This document shows, in pieces, positions 30,504 through 40,600 of a stretch of 64,000 bases of DNA. A model generated the notes under the pieces. It was not told the origin of the DNA, searched no databases, and worked only from the letters and a program-made list of their open reading frames with translations. Made by a program: the position numbers and the translations under genes. The stretch is from Nitrospirota bacterium (GTDB lineage: Bacteria > Nitrospirota > Nitrospiria > 2-01-FULL-66-17). Numbering within the stretch: position 1 is the first letter of the stretch; each line of letters opens with the position of its first letter. The stretch is from the NCBI GenBank assembly GCA_049325335.1, contig JBMOMC010000007.1, positions 64,001 through 128,000 of the forward strand, written 5' to 3'.

Positions 30504-32395
30504 GGCCGCGTCCGATTCAAGATCACGGCCGCGATCCGCCGGTGATCATCAAAACCCGGATCGGGTGGCAGGCGACGCAACAAGTCCTCCAATTCGCCGC
30601 GCGCGTGCTCCCGCCGTCCGAGCGCGTTCAGCGCCACCGCGCGGTTGAGCGCCGCGTCGTAATCGTACGGCGACACAGTCAACACCGCCGAGAACTGTTC
30701 CAACGCCTCGTTCCACTGCCGACGGTGCAAGTACAAGGCGCCGAGGTTGTTCCGCGCCAACACCTGAGCCGGGTCCAGCGCGATCGCCTCGCGGTACCAC
30801 CGTTCCGCGGCCGCCTCATCCCCGGCGCGCTGGGCCAACAGCCCGAGGTTGGCGCGCGCGACCACGTTGCGCGGATCCAGTTCGATCGTGCGCCGAAACA
30901 ACGCGGCGGCATCCTGATCGCGCCCTTGGCGCAACGCGATCGTGCCCAGCAGCCGATACGAGGCCGCGTATTCCGGCGCAAGTTCGACGGTTTTTCGCAA
31001 CAAGGCCCACGCCTCCTCATCGCGTCCGCGGCGAAACGCCACGACTCCGAGGGCATAATACGGGGTGGCTTCGTTGGGGGTCACAGCCAGCGCCCGACGG
31101 TTCGCGGCCTCCGCCCGGTCAAAATCGTTCCGGTCCAAATAGGCGGAGCCCAGATTGATATACGCGCTGCGACTCTCCGGGGCCAACCGGACCGCTTCCT
31201 CCCAGAGCCTGACGTCGTCGTTCCATACGAACGCGCGCGCGCGATCGGTTGAGATCGCCCACCCCAACCAGGCCGAGGCGGCGATCACCGCCGCCAGTCG
31301 GGCCAGCCGAGGCGCCGCACGGCCGACCGCGCCGAACAATCCACGCGCGGCCAGCGCAGTGAGCCACGCCAGCGCGAGCGCGGAAAACGCCATCCGGTTC
31401 TCCTGCAGCAGCCCCTTGACCGTGGACCACGGCAGCGGCGCCAACGGCAGCAGCCCGCTCACCGCCCACAACACGCACCACGCCGCGATCGGTTGTCGTC
31501 GCCGCGCCCAGACCATGAACCCCAGGCCGGCGATCACAACGGCCACGAGGACGACCGCCAGCGTCCCGTCGAAACTAGAGACAAACGTCAGCGGGTGTTC
31601 GATGCCGAGCGGCCACGGCGCAACCCACCACCCCAGCGAACGAACCACCATTTCGAGAAACGTCCATAGGGGATACGCGGGGACGGCCCCGCGCTGTTCG
31701 CCCCCGGCCCCGATCTTCAGCCACCACGCAACCAGAAACACGCCCAGCGTCGCCGCGTACGGAACAACCGGACGCCACGCCTCCATCAAGCGAGCGGACC
31801 GCCCGCTCGCGTCCCGGTCCACCCGAATCGAGGAGTCCGTCATCGCGAGCGCGGCCAACGGAACAATCGCCGCGGCCCCTGATTCCTTGCTCAACAACCC
31901 CACGGCAAACGCACTCACCCCCAGCGCGGTCCACCCCGCGCCGCCCGCCCGGCGACGCAGCATCGCCCACACCGCGACCACTCCGCCGAGCGCGGCCAAC
32001 AGCGACGAGCGCGCGACCACATAGTTGACAGCCTCCGCGTTGAGCGGATGCGCCGCGTACGCCACGGCCGCGAACGCGGCCCACCCATCGTCGCGCAGCA
32101 CCATGCGGCCGACCACGAAGGCCATCCACGACAGCAACGCGTGCAGCGCCAGATTGACCAACAAGTAACCGAACGGGTTCATCCCGCTCAGCGCGTAATT
32201 GGCGGCCAACGTGAGGATCGTCACCGGTCGGTATCCAGTTGTCAGATACGAGACCGGTTCCCAGGTTCGAATCGCCGGGTTCTCGATGACGTGAGGCCGG
32301 TCGTCCAAATGAAACCCGCCCCACAGCGCTCCGCCGTGCGCCGCGGCCACAACCACCGCGATCACGCCCGCCGCCGGCCACAAGCGGACGGTCAC
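30500..32395 (-). CDS. TMTC-like GT-C/TPR protein (copy 4)
   Basis: FHLDDRPHVIENP, YRP, HPLNAEAVNYVVARSS, SKE, PLGIEH and QENRM motifs, then TPRs. Confidence 0.85.
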   Translation of the reverse strand: MTVRLWPAAGVIAVVVAAAHGGALWGGFHLDDRPHVIENPAIRTWEPVSYLTTGYRPVTILTLAANYALSGMNPFGYLLVNLALHALLSWMAFVVGRMVLRDDGWAAFAAVAYAAHPLNAEAVNYVVARSSLLAALGGVVAVWAMLRRRAGGAGWTALGVSAFAVGLLSKESGAAAIVPLAALAMTDSSIRVDRDASGRSARLMEAWRPVVPYAATLGVFLVAWWLKIGAGGEQRGAVPAYPLWTFLEMVVRSLGWWVAPWPLGIEHPLTFVSSFDGTLAVVLVAVVIAGLGFMVWARRRQPIAAWCVLWAVSGLLPLAPLPWSTVKGLLQENRMAFSALALAWLTALAARGLFGAVGRAAPRLARLAAVIAASAWLGWAISTDRARAFVWNDDVRLWEEAVRLAPESRSAYINLGSAYLDRNDFDRAEAANRRALAVTPNEATPYYALGVVAFRRGRDEEAWALLRKTVELAPEYAASYRLLGTIALRQGRDQDAAALFRRTIELDPRNVVARANLGLLAQRAGDEAAAERWYREAIALDPAQVLARNNLGALYLHRRQWNEALEQFSAVLTVSPYDYDAALNRAVALNALGRREHARGELEDLLRRLPPDPGFDDHRRIAAVILNRTRP

Positions 32396-34176
32396 GGCGC
32401 CGTCCCGTTGAGCACAGTCCGGATACCGTCCCGATACCGATCAAACGCCGGATCCCGCGGAAAGCGACGTTCCACATCCCCTAGGACGGTTTCGGCCTCG
32501 GTCCGCCGTCCCAGCGCGGCCAATGCCAGTCCGCGGTTGTACGCCGCCTCCAGAAACGCGGGGTCACCTTGGAGCGCAGCGGTGGTCAAATCGAGTGCCT
32601 CGGCAAAATCCTGTCTCTCCAAGTAGATCGCGGCCAAATTATTGAGCGCATCCCGCTGGCCGGGATTGATGTCCAATGCGCGCTGAAACATGGCCTCCGC
32701 CCCGTGGGTATCCCCGGCCCGCAGCGCGAGCACGCCTAGTTGCACATGAGCGCTTTCATCCAGCGGGTGTAACGCGATCGCCCGTTCGAACGCTGCTTTG
32801 GCTTCGTCGGCCCGACCACGGCGCTCCGCCAACAGCCCGATGAGGTAGTAGACGCGCGGATAATCCGGCAAGACTCGCTGGATCGCCCGAAACTCCGCCT
32901 CAGCGAGGGCGTATTCCCCCTGCGCCATGTTCGCAGCGCCCAGATTGAGGTGCGCCAAGACATTCTCCGGCGACCGATCGACGACCTCTTGCCACAACCG
33001 CCGATCGTCTTGCCAGACCACGGACCGCGACCGATCGACGACGACGGCCGCAACCGCCAGGACAACACCCGCGCCCACAACACTCCACCGCAGGGCTCGT
33101 CCGAAACGCGCCCTTCCAAACCTCATCCACGCCGCGCCCGCAAGCGAGGCGGTCGTCAGTGCCAGCCCCGCAGCGGAAAACCCCATCCGATTCTCCTGGA
33201 GCAACCCCACGGCGGTGATCCACGGCAACGGGGCCAGCGGCGCCAGTCCGGCCAGCGCCCAGAGCAGCCCCCACGCCGCCGCAGGCGCCCGCCGCGCCAA
33301 GATTACGAACACCGCCGCCAGCGCCACGGCTCCGACCACCAGCGCTGCAGCCAACCTTGCATCGAACCGTAGGAGAAACGTCAGCCGATGATCCAATCCC
33401 AACGGCGACGGCCACACCCACAACGCCAGCGATCGTGCGACCATTTCCGTAAACGTCCAGAACGGCCGCGGCGCCGGCTCTCTCGTCCCCACGCTCTCGC
33501 CGTCGTACCCCGCCCCGAGAATCAGGTGCCACGCGAGGAAAAGGACGACCACCGCGCTGTAGGCTGAGGCGGCGACCACCAGGCGCGTGTTCTGCCGCCG
33601 CAACGACGGCAGCAGCCACCGAGCCGCGAGCAGCGGGACCGCGAGTGCCACCGCCGACTCCTTGCTCAAGAGCGCGGCGGCAAACGCTCCCAGTCCTATC
33701 ACCAACGTCCAGGGTCCGTCGCGTCGCTCCGCGTACCGAATGAACGCCCAGGCCGCAGCCACTGCACCCACGGTTGCCAGCAGGGAGAATCGCGCGGTCG
33801 CGTAGTTGACCGACTCGGCATTAATGGGGTGCAGCGCGAACAGCGCGCCGGAGACCGCGGCCCACCGCAGATCGCCCAAGACCTCGCGCGCAAGCAAAAA
33901 CACCAGCACCGAGGCCAGCGCGTGCAACCCCAGATTGGTCAGCAGGTACCCGCGCGGCGTCAATCCCCCGAGCTGATAGTTCAGCGCGAATGACAGCACC
34001 GCCATCGGACGGTATCCCGAAACGATATACTCCATCGGCCGCCACGTTCGAATGGCGGGGTTCTCGGTGATCGCGGAGGAGTCGTCGTAATGAAACCCGC
34101 CGTGCAGCGCCCCACCGTGCGCGGCGAGCACCGCAACCACGAGGAGTCCGGCCACCGCATACGGCCTGAGCATCAC
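32392..34176 (-). CDS. TMTC-like GT-C/TPR protein (copy 3)
   Basis: FHYDDSSAITENP, YRP, HPINAESVNYATAR, SKE, PLGLDHRLTF and QENRM motifs, then TPRs. Confidence 0.85.
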   Translation of the reverse strand: MMLRPYAVAGLLVVAVLAAHGGALHGGFHYDDSSAITENPAIRTWRPMEYIVSGYRPMAVLSFALNYQLGGLTPRGYLLTNLGLHALASVLVFLLAREVLGDLRWAAVSGALFALHPINAESVNYATARFSLLATVGAVAAAWAFIRYAERRDGPWTLVIGLGAFAAALLSKESAVALAVPLLAARWLLPSLRRQNTRLVVAASAYSAVVVLFLAWHLILGAGYDGESVGTREPAPRPFWTFTEMVARSLALWVWPSPLGLDHRLTFLLRFDARLAAALVVGAVALAAVFVILARRAPAAAWGLLWALAGLAPLAPLPWITAVGLLQENRMGFSAAGLALTTASLAGAAWMRFGRARFGRALRWSVVGAGVVLAVAAVVVDRSRSVVWQDDRRLWQEVVDRSPENVLAHLNLGAANMAQGEYALAEAEFRAIQRVLPDYPRVYYLIGLLAERRGRADEAKAAFERAIALHPLDESAHVQLGVLALRAGDTHGAEAMFQRALDINPGQRDALNNLAAIYLERQDFAEALDLTTAALQGDPAFLEAAYNRGLALAALGRRTEAETVLGDVERRFPRDPAFDRYRDGIRTVLNGTAP

Positions 34177-35999
34177 GGTCCGTCCCCCTCCAGCACGTAC
34201 GCGATGCCGGCGCGGTACCGATCAAACGCGGCGGCAGGCGGAAGACGCCCGAGCACGTCCCGCAACACGGCCGCGGCCTCCGCTCGCCGCCCCAGGGCCG
34301 CCAACGCCAGGCCCCGGTTGTACGCCGCCTCAAGAAATTCCGGGTCACGCTCCAACGCTGCGGTCACGAGCTCCAACGCCTCGGTAAACGCTTGCCGTTC
34401 CAGGTAAATCGCGGCCAGATTGTTCAGCGCGTCCCGCTGAGCCGGATCGATGGCGAGCGCGCGGCGAAACGCGGCTTCCGCCGCCGCGGTGTCTCCTCCC
34501 CGAAGCGCGAGAATACCCAGGTGCGCGTGCGCGCCTTCCTCCATCGGGTTCAACGCGATCACCCGCTCAAATGCGGCTGTCGCGTCTTCCGTACGCCCGC
34601 GGCGCAACGCCAGAAGCCCGAGATTGTAGTACACCCGCGGGTATCCCGGAGACCGCGCCGCGATTCCCAGGTATTCGGCCTCCGCGCGGTCATGGTCGCC
34701 GGCCAACATGTATGCGGCGCCCAGATTGATCCGAGCGGGTATGTTCTCCGGCCAATGCCGGACCACTTCCCCCCACAACAGTCGATCGTCTCGCCAAACC
34801 GCGGACCGAGACCGGTCCACCACGGCGGCCGCGATTGCCAGCGCGAGGCCCGCGCACGCGAAGCCCCACGCCGCCGCGCGGCGCGACCGCGCGGGGCTCA
34901 CCGCGGCCCACGCCGCGCCCGCCAGCGCCGCGGTCGCCACGGACAGACCCGCGGCTGAGAACGCCATGCGGTGCTCCTGAAGCAATCCCGCCGAGGTCAG
35001 CCAGGGCAGCGGGGCGAGCGGGGCCAACCCCGCCAGCGCCCAGAGCACCCCCCACGCCGCAACCGGAAGCCGGCGGATCCAAAAGACGACCAGCGCTGCG
35101 AGCGCCACTGCCCCGACCACGAGCCAACCGGCCAGCCACGGGTCGAACGATAAGATGAACGTCAACCGATGGTCCAGTCCCAACGGCCAGGGCCACACCC
35201 ACAGCGCCAACGATCGCCCGATCATTTCCGCCAACGTCCACGCCGGTCGCGGGGCCGGCAACCGCGAGATGACCCCGCCGGCCGTCACCGTCAGAAACAG
35301 CGCCACAAACAGCGCGGCGAGCGCGGTGTAGCCCAGCGCCGTGCGCAACGCGCGCCGGCCGTGGGTGCGGCACGCCGGCACCAACCACCGAGCCGCGAGC
35401 AGCGGTGCGGCCAACACCACCGAGGACTCCTTGCTTAGGAGGGCGCACCCGAACGCGACCAGGCCCGCGAGCAACGTCCCCGGGCCGCCGCGCTGTACGT
35501 ACCGGAAAAACGCCCCCGTCGCAGTCAATGCGAACACCGTCGCGAGCAACGAAGAACGCGCGGTGACATAGTTGACGGCTTCGGCGTTGATCGGGTGCAA
35601 CGCAAACACCACCCCCGCCACCGCGGCCCAGCGCGGATCACCGAGCGCCACCCACGCCACCCAAAACACCAACCCGGCCGCAAGCGCGTGCAACGCCAGA
35701 TTGGTCGCCAAATAGGCGGAGGCCTTCAGGCCGCTCACGCGATAGTTCGCGGCCAACGACATCACGGTCAACGGACGGTATCCCGCGGCTTGGCGTTCGT
35801 TGACCACCGCGTCCACGGTCAGAAACGCGCGCGCGGGTTGCCAGTTTCGCACGGCCGGGTTGCCCGCCACGCCGAAGTGGTCGTCGTAGTGAAACCCGCC
35901 GCCGAGCGCCCCGCCGTGGGCCGCCAGCGCCACGAGCGCCATGCCGATGAACGCCCCCGCCAGGGTCGCGGTGTCGCGCGACGGCCGAAGCGCCTTCAT
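34173..35999 (-). CDS. TMTC-like GT-C/TPR protein (copy 2)
   Basis: FHYDDHFGVAGNP, YRP, HPINAEAVNYVTARSS, SKE, PLGLDHRLTF and QEHRM motifs, then TPRs. Confidence 0.85.
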   Translation of the reverse strand: MKALRPSRDTATLAGAFIGMALVALAAHGGALGGGFHYDDHFGVAGNPAVRNWQPARAFLTVDAVVNERQAAGYRPLTVMSLAANYRVSGLKASAYLATNLALHALAAGLVFWVAWVALGDPRWAAVAGVVFALHPINAEAVNYVTARSSLLATVFALTATGAFFRYVQRGGPGTLLAGLVAFGCALLSKESSVVLAAPLLAARWLVPACRTHGRRALRTALGYTALAALFVALFLTVTAGGVISRLPAPRPAWTLAEMIGRSLALWVWPWPLGLDHRLTFILSFDPWLAGWLVVGAVALAALVVFWIRRLPVAAWGVLWALAGLAPLAPLPWLTSAGLLQEHRMAFSAAGLSVATAALAGAAWAAVSPARSRRAAAWGFACAGLALAIAAAVVDRSRSAVWRDDRLLWGEVVRHWPENIPARINLGAAYMLAGDHDRAEAEYLGIAARSPGYPRVYYNLGLLALRRGRTEDATAAFERVIALNPMEEGAHAHLGILALRGGDTAAAEAAFRRALAIDPAQRDALNNLAAIYLERQAFTEALELVTAALERDPEFLEAAYNRGLALAALGRRAEAAAVLRDVLGRLPPAAAFDRYRAGIAYVLEGDGP

Positions 36000-37645
36000 G
36001 GGCGGACTCCGGCCCGAGCCGCCTCGATCGCGACGATCCGATCGCGGACCGCGGTCGCTTGCGGCGCTAGATCCAGCGCCCTTTGGTAGGCAACGAGCGC
36101 GCGCGCCGTTTCACCCCGCGTCTCAAGCATCCGCCCCAGGTTGGCCCAGGCCTTCACGTCCGACGCATCCCGGGCGACGGCGCGCTCGTACGCGGCGATC
36201 GCCTCGTCGCGCCGCCCCAGGCCGGCGTACGCCAACCCCAGGTTAAAATCCACGCGCGGCAACGACGCGTCCAACCGAGCGGACGCGAGCCACGCCTCGA
36301 CCGCGCCCGCAGGATCGCCGTGACGCAGACGAGCCGCGCCCAAGCTGTGGTGATATGCCGCTTCGCGCGGATACCGTTGAACCGCGTCGGTCCAAAACCC
36401 GATTTCATGCCGCCACCGTTTGCCCGCCTCCACATCCGTCGCAATCAGCCCGAGCACCACGCTCGCCGCGACCGCGAGGCTCGCGAGACGCGCCATCCGT
36501 CGGGACCGCGGCGCGCCTGAAGCGGCCGCGACCCGGTTGACGAACGGATCCGCCATCGCCCCGGCGCACAATGCAAAGCCCACCGCCGCCTGGTAGCCCC
36601 GGTGGGGCTGAAACCACGCCACGGTCGTCACGAACGGCAGCGCCAGCCCGGGCAACAAGCCGGTGAGTCCGCACAGCAAGCCCCATGCACCGACCGGCGC
36701 GCGCCGCCGGAGCGCCCACGCCACAACGCCGAGCCCGACGAACGCGCCCGCGCCCCACCACACGCTCGGATGCGCCCAGGCGACCCACGCCGCGGGCCGG
36801 AGCGGATCCACCGCCCACGGCGCAATCCAGCCGGTCAGGTGCCGGCCCAATACCGCAAACCCTGACGCGAGGGCAACAAGCGTCGGCGCCGACGTGCCGT
36901 GCGCGGTGGCGCCCACGATCGTCACCGCGGGCGCGACGCTCGCGGCCGCCACCGCGGCGTGGAGGCCGATACGTCGGCCCAACGACGACCAGTGCGAGCC
37001 CGCCCCCACCAGCTCCCACGCCGCAAACCATACCAACCCGACGATCGCGCTTTCCTTACTCCATACCGCGAACGCCAGACCGACCAGGCTCGCCGCGAGC
37101 CACTCGCCGCGCGCCGCGGGGTCCGCGCGCCACCGCAGGTACGTCCAAAACGAGACCAGCAACCACACGGTGCTCAGCACCGACGATCGCGCGCTCAGGT
37201 AATGCGCCGCCTCGGTCTGCATGGGGTGAAGTCCCACCAACAGCGCCGCGCCCAACGCGGTCGCGCGATGGAGCCCCACCATCGAGGCCACCGCGAACGT
37301 GAGGCCAACCGTCAGCGCATGCCATAGCAGTTGCGTGGCGTGAAACACGGACGCGCGTCCCCCACCGATCAGATGGTCCACCGCATACGAGGAGAGCGTG
37401 ACGGGACGGAATCCCCGGCCCTGCGAGTCACGACTGGTTGCCCCAGCCGATGTCCACAGCGTTGCCCAGTCGTGCGACGCGACCGCGGGGTTTTCGACGA
37501 TAAGGTGGTAGTCGTCGTACAGAAAGCCGTTGTGAACGGCTCCGCCAAAGGCGATCGCCACCGCGAGCGCCAGCCCCAGCCACGGGCAGGCCCTGAGCAG
37601 CCCCCGCGCATCCACAGTGCCGCCCTCTGTCACGCGCTGGCTCAC
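35996..37645 (-). CDS. TMTC-like GT-C/TPR protein (copy 1)
   Basis: FLYDDYHLIVENP, FRP, HPMQTEAAHYLSARSS, SKE and QPHRGY motifs, then about 3 TPRs. Confidence 0.82.
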   Translation of the reverse strand: MSQRVTEGGTVDARGLLRACPWLGLALAVAIAFGGAVHNGFLYDDYHLIVENPAVASHDWATLWTSAGATSRDSQGRGFRPVTLSSYAVDHLIGGGRASVFHATQLLWHALTVGLTFAVASMVGLHRATALGAALLVGLHPMQTEAAHYLSARSSVLSTVWLLVSFWTYLRWRADPAARGEWLAASLVGLAFAVWSKESAIVGLVWFAAWELVGAGSHWSSLGRRIGLHAAVAAASVAPAVTIVGATAHGTSAPTLVALASGFAVLGRHLTGWIAPWAVDPLRPAAWVAWAHPSVWWGAGAFVGLGVVAWALRRRAPVGAWGLLCGLTGLLPGLALPFVTTVAWFQPHRGYQAAVGFALCAGAMADPFVNRVAAASGAPRSRRMARLASLAVAASVVLGLIATDVEAGKRWRHEIGFWTDAVQRYPREAAYHHSLGAARLRHGDPAGAVEAWLASARLDASLPRVDFNLGLAYAGLGRRDEAIAAYERAVARDASDVKAWANLGRMLETRGETARALVAYQRALDLAPQATAVRDRIVAIEAARAGVRP

Positions 37646-37661
37646 GTCGAGCGGCTTGTGG

Positions 37662-40600
37662 TTACTTGCTCAATCTAAGCACGTAGTCGTTGTTGGCCTC
37701 GACCCTGACCCGATAGTCGGCGCCCCCGCTGGCATTCCCGTTGGGGTCCAACTCGATCGGACGCGAACTGGTGACCCGCGCCGTTCCCAAGAACCGAATC
37801 TGCACTTCCCCGACCGGGCGCACCACGGCGTCCACCGTGGCCCCGCTCATCACGATCGTGGATGTCGAGCCCACGATCACGGGAAACGCGGTGTTCACCA
37901 CGCTGTCGGGATACACGTACACCAACCGGCTGCCGATGCCCACGCTGCGCATGCGCAGCCACACCATGCCGGGAGGCGCGTTGAAGATGGCAAACCGGCC
38001 AGAGGGCCCGGTCGCCACGGCGCCGGGCACCGCATCGCCGCTGGAGTCCAGGTACACCACGGTGCCGACATCAAAACCGTCGGCCCGCGTCGCGGCCACG
38101 GCCACGCCCGCGCGCGGCCCCGCGGTCTGCGGCAACACGATCACCCGCTGGAGGGGTACCGAGGGATTCGAGAGCGCGACGTCGGCGGCGCCGTCTCCGG
38201 TCAGATCCCCGAGCGCCATAAAGGACGGGGCGCCGCCCACGGTCACGATTTGCTCCGACGTAAAACTTCCCTGGCCGTTGCCCTGGCGGAGCAAGATCGT
38301 CCCGTCTCCCCGGTTGAGCACGACCAGGTCCAAGGCCCCGTCGTTATGCACATCCATCAGCGCCACGGCCGCCGGATCATTGCCAGTTGGAACGGGTGTC
38401 GGCGTCTGCAAGCCGCTCGCGCTGTTGAGGAAAATCCACGCCGTATTCGCCGCGCGGTCGGTCACCACCACGTCGTTCAGCCCGTCGAAATTCAGGTCGC
38501 CGATCGCGGCCGCGCTGAACCTCGCGGCATCGCCGGTCGGCACCGTGTACCCGCGAAAGCCATTGTTCCCGAGCGTGCGGACGACGATCGCACGCTCGTT
38601 GACGAACACCACGTCCGGAACGCCGTCCGAGTCCACGAACCCCGAGATCACGGCCTGGGGCGATTCGCCGACCACCGTGTCGGACGGATCACCCATTCGG
38701 AAACCGGATCCCGTGCCGAACAGCGCAATGAGGCGGCCGGATGTGTGGTCGGTGATGAACACATCCGGGTTCCCGTCGCGGTTAAAGTCCTCGACGGCCA
38801 TGGCGTTCGGGTCCACCGCCGAGGTACCGACTTCAAGGCTGCCGCCGAACACAAACTGTCCGCGCCCGCGTCCCTCCAACATCGACACGGACCGAGAAAT
38901 TCGATTGAGCACCACCAGGTCCGCCAACCCGTCATCGGTAAAGTCCACCACTGACACCGCTTCGGGACCGTCCTCGACGCCGCAATCGGCATCCCCGATG
39001 CGACAGTCCGGCCGGCGGCCGATGCGCTGCGACCGCACGAACGACCCGTCGCTGGTGTTGAGCCACACCGTGATCCCCGGCCCAGACCCCGTACCCATCG
39101 GAGTGGTATCCACCACCGCCAAGTCGCGGTACGTATCCGCGTTAAAAAACCCGGTGACCAGGGCGCCCGGCATCCCGAGCGCCGCGCAGCCCGCCGGATC
39201 GTTATTGGGAAACATCGTCCACCCGGCGCACGTACGCGGGACCAGCGCGCCGGATGCGTCGGTCTCGCCGAACCCCGTAACCGTGGTCCGTCCCCAAATC
39301 ACCCCGGTCCCCGCGGCGCGGGTCAACCCTGCGGACGAGGCCACGGCCTCGATGGCCACGGGAGTCACGGCCCCGACCGATACGCCGTTGACGGCCCGAT
39401 CCGTGGTTCGGGTGCCGTACGTATACGTATCCATCAACCCGGCGCCCGCGGTTCTCATCACCACGTCGCGCGACGAGCCGATCGGCACGGTAAATGTCGC
39501 TCCGGCGGTGTAGTTCAAGACACAGAACCCATCTCGTTCAATCCGAAACTCTCCGTAGACTTCGGTTCGGCCACACGGAATCGGTTTCTTATCCTTCGAA
39601 TTTTCGAGAACCGTCGGATCTTGATAACACACCCCACCGCGCTCGACCGTATTCTCCGGACACTCGGTGCGCATCGCCATGGGGTCTCCGCCCGCCACGC
39701 TCAGCGTAATTCCGTCGGCGGGTATGTCGCCGACCAACGCGGCAATGCTCCCAGACACATCAACCGTCACGGGCGGCGCGTTGTTGACTCCCAGCCGCAC
39801 CACGGTCACACCCCCTGCCCGGCTGTCCGCGACGGTATTGCCGGTGTCATCCGGCGACGTCACCTCCAGCGACACGGATCCAACCGGCGCGTTCAACACG
39901 AGAAACCGTCCATCTCCGGTGGTGGCGCGAAGTTCTCGACGCGGGATCCCGGCAAAGTCAAAATACACGATTGTCGGGGCCGGTGTCACGGTGATTCCAT
40001 CCAAGGGCGCCAGGCGCACCGAAATCCCGGGCGTGGGCAAACCGGTTCCCTTGGCCACGGCAGTGCCGATCAGGAGCCCGCGACTCGGGTCCTGAACAAT
40101 CGGCGCTGCGGGCGATAGGCCCGTGTTCACGGCCGCGAGGTACTCAGCCACCGCCCGCCGGGTCACCCCCACCAGGTCGTTGGTAAAGGCATGCATCACC
40201 CGCGTATCAGGATCCTTGGTCGCGGGGCCGGTTCTGAGCCGTTGGTACGTGGGCCAATAGTCCCGGTCGGCTACTCCGCCCGGACCTTCCACCTTCACCA
40301 AGTATTCGCTGGACTGCATCAACGGGAGGGGACTTGCCGTATTCGCGTTGTACGGTACGTCAAACGTGCCGTCTGCGGCGATGGGAAAAACCTCCGGATC
40401 CGAACCAGTGCGCGGCAGCGTCCCCGGCGGTCGCGGCTCATCGGCCAAATCAGCCAACGGCACCCCCAACACGGTAATCCGACCGTTCGCCACCGGCGCC
40501 AACCCATCCTCTCCCATGACGCGTCCGGAAACCGGACCGCTAAAATACGGAAAGTTCACAGCCTCCCCTTCGATCGGGGGAGGCGCCGCCGCCACGGTGA

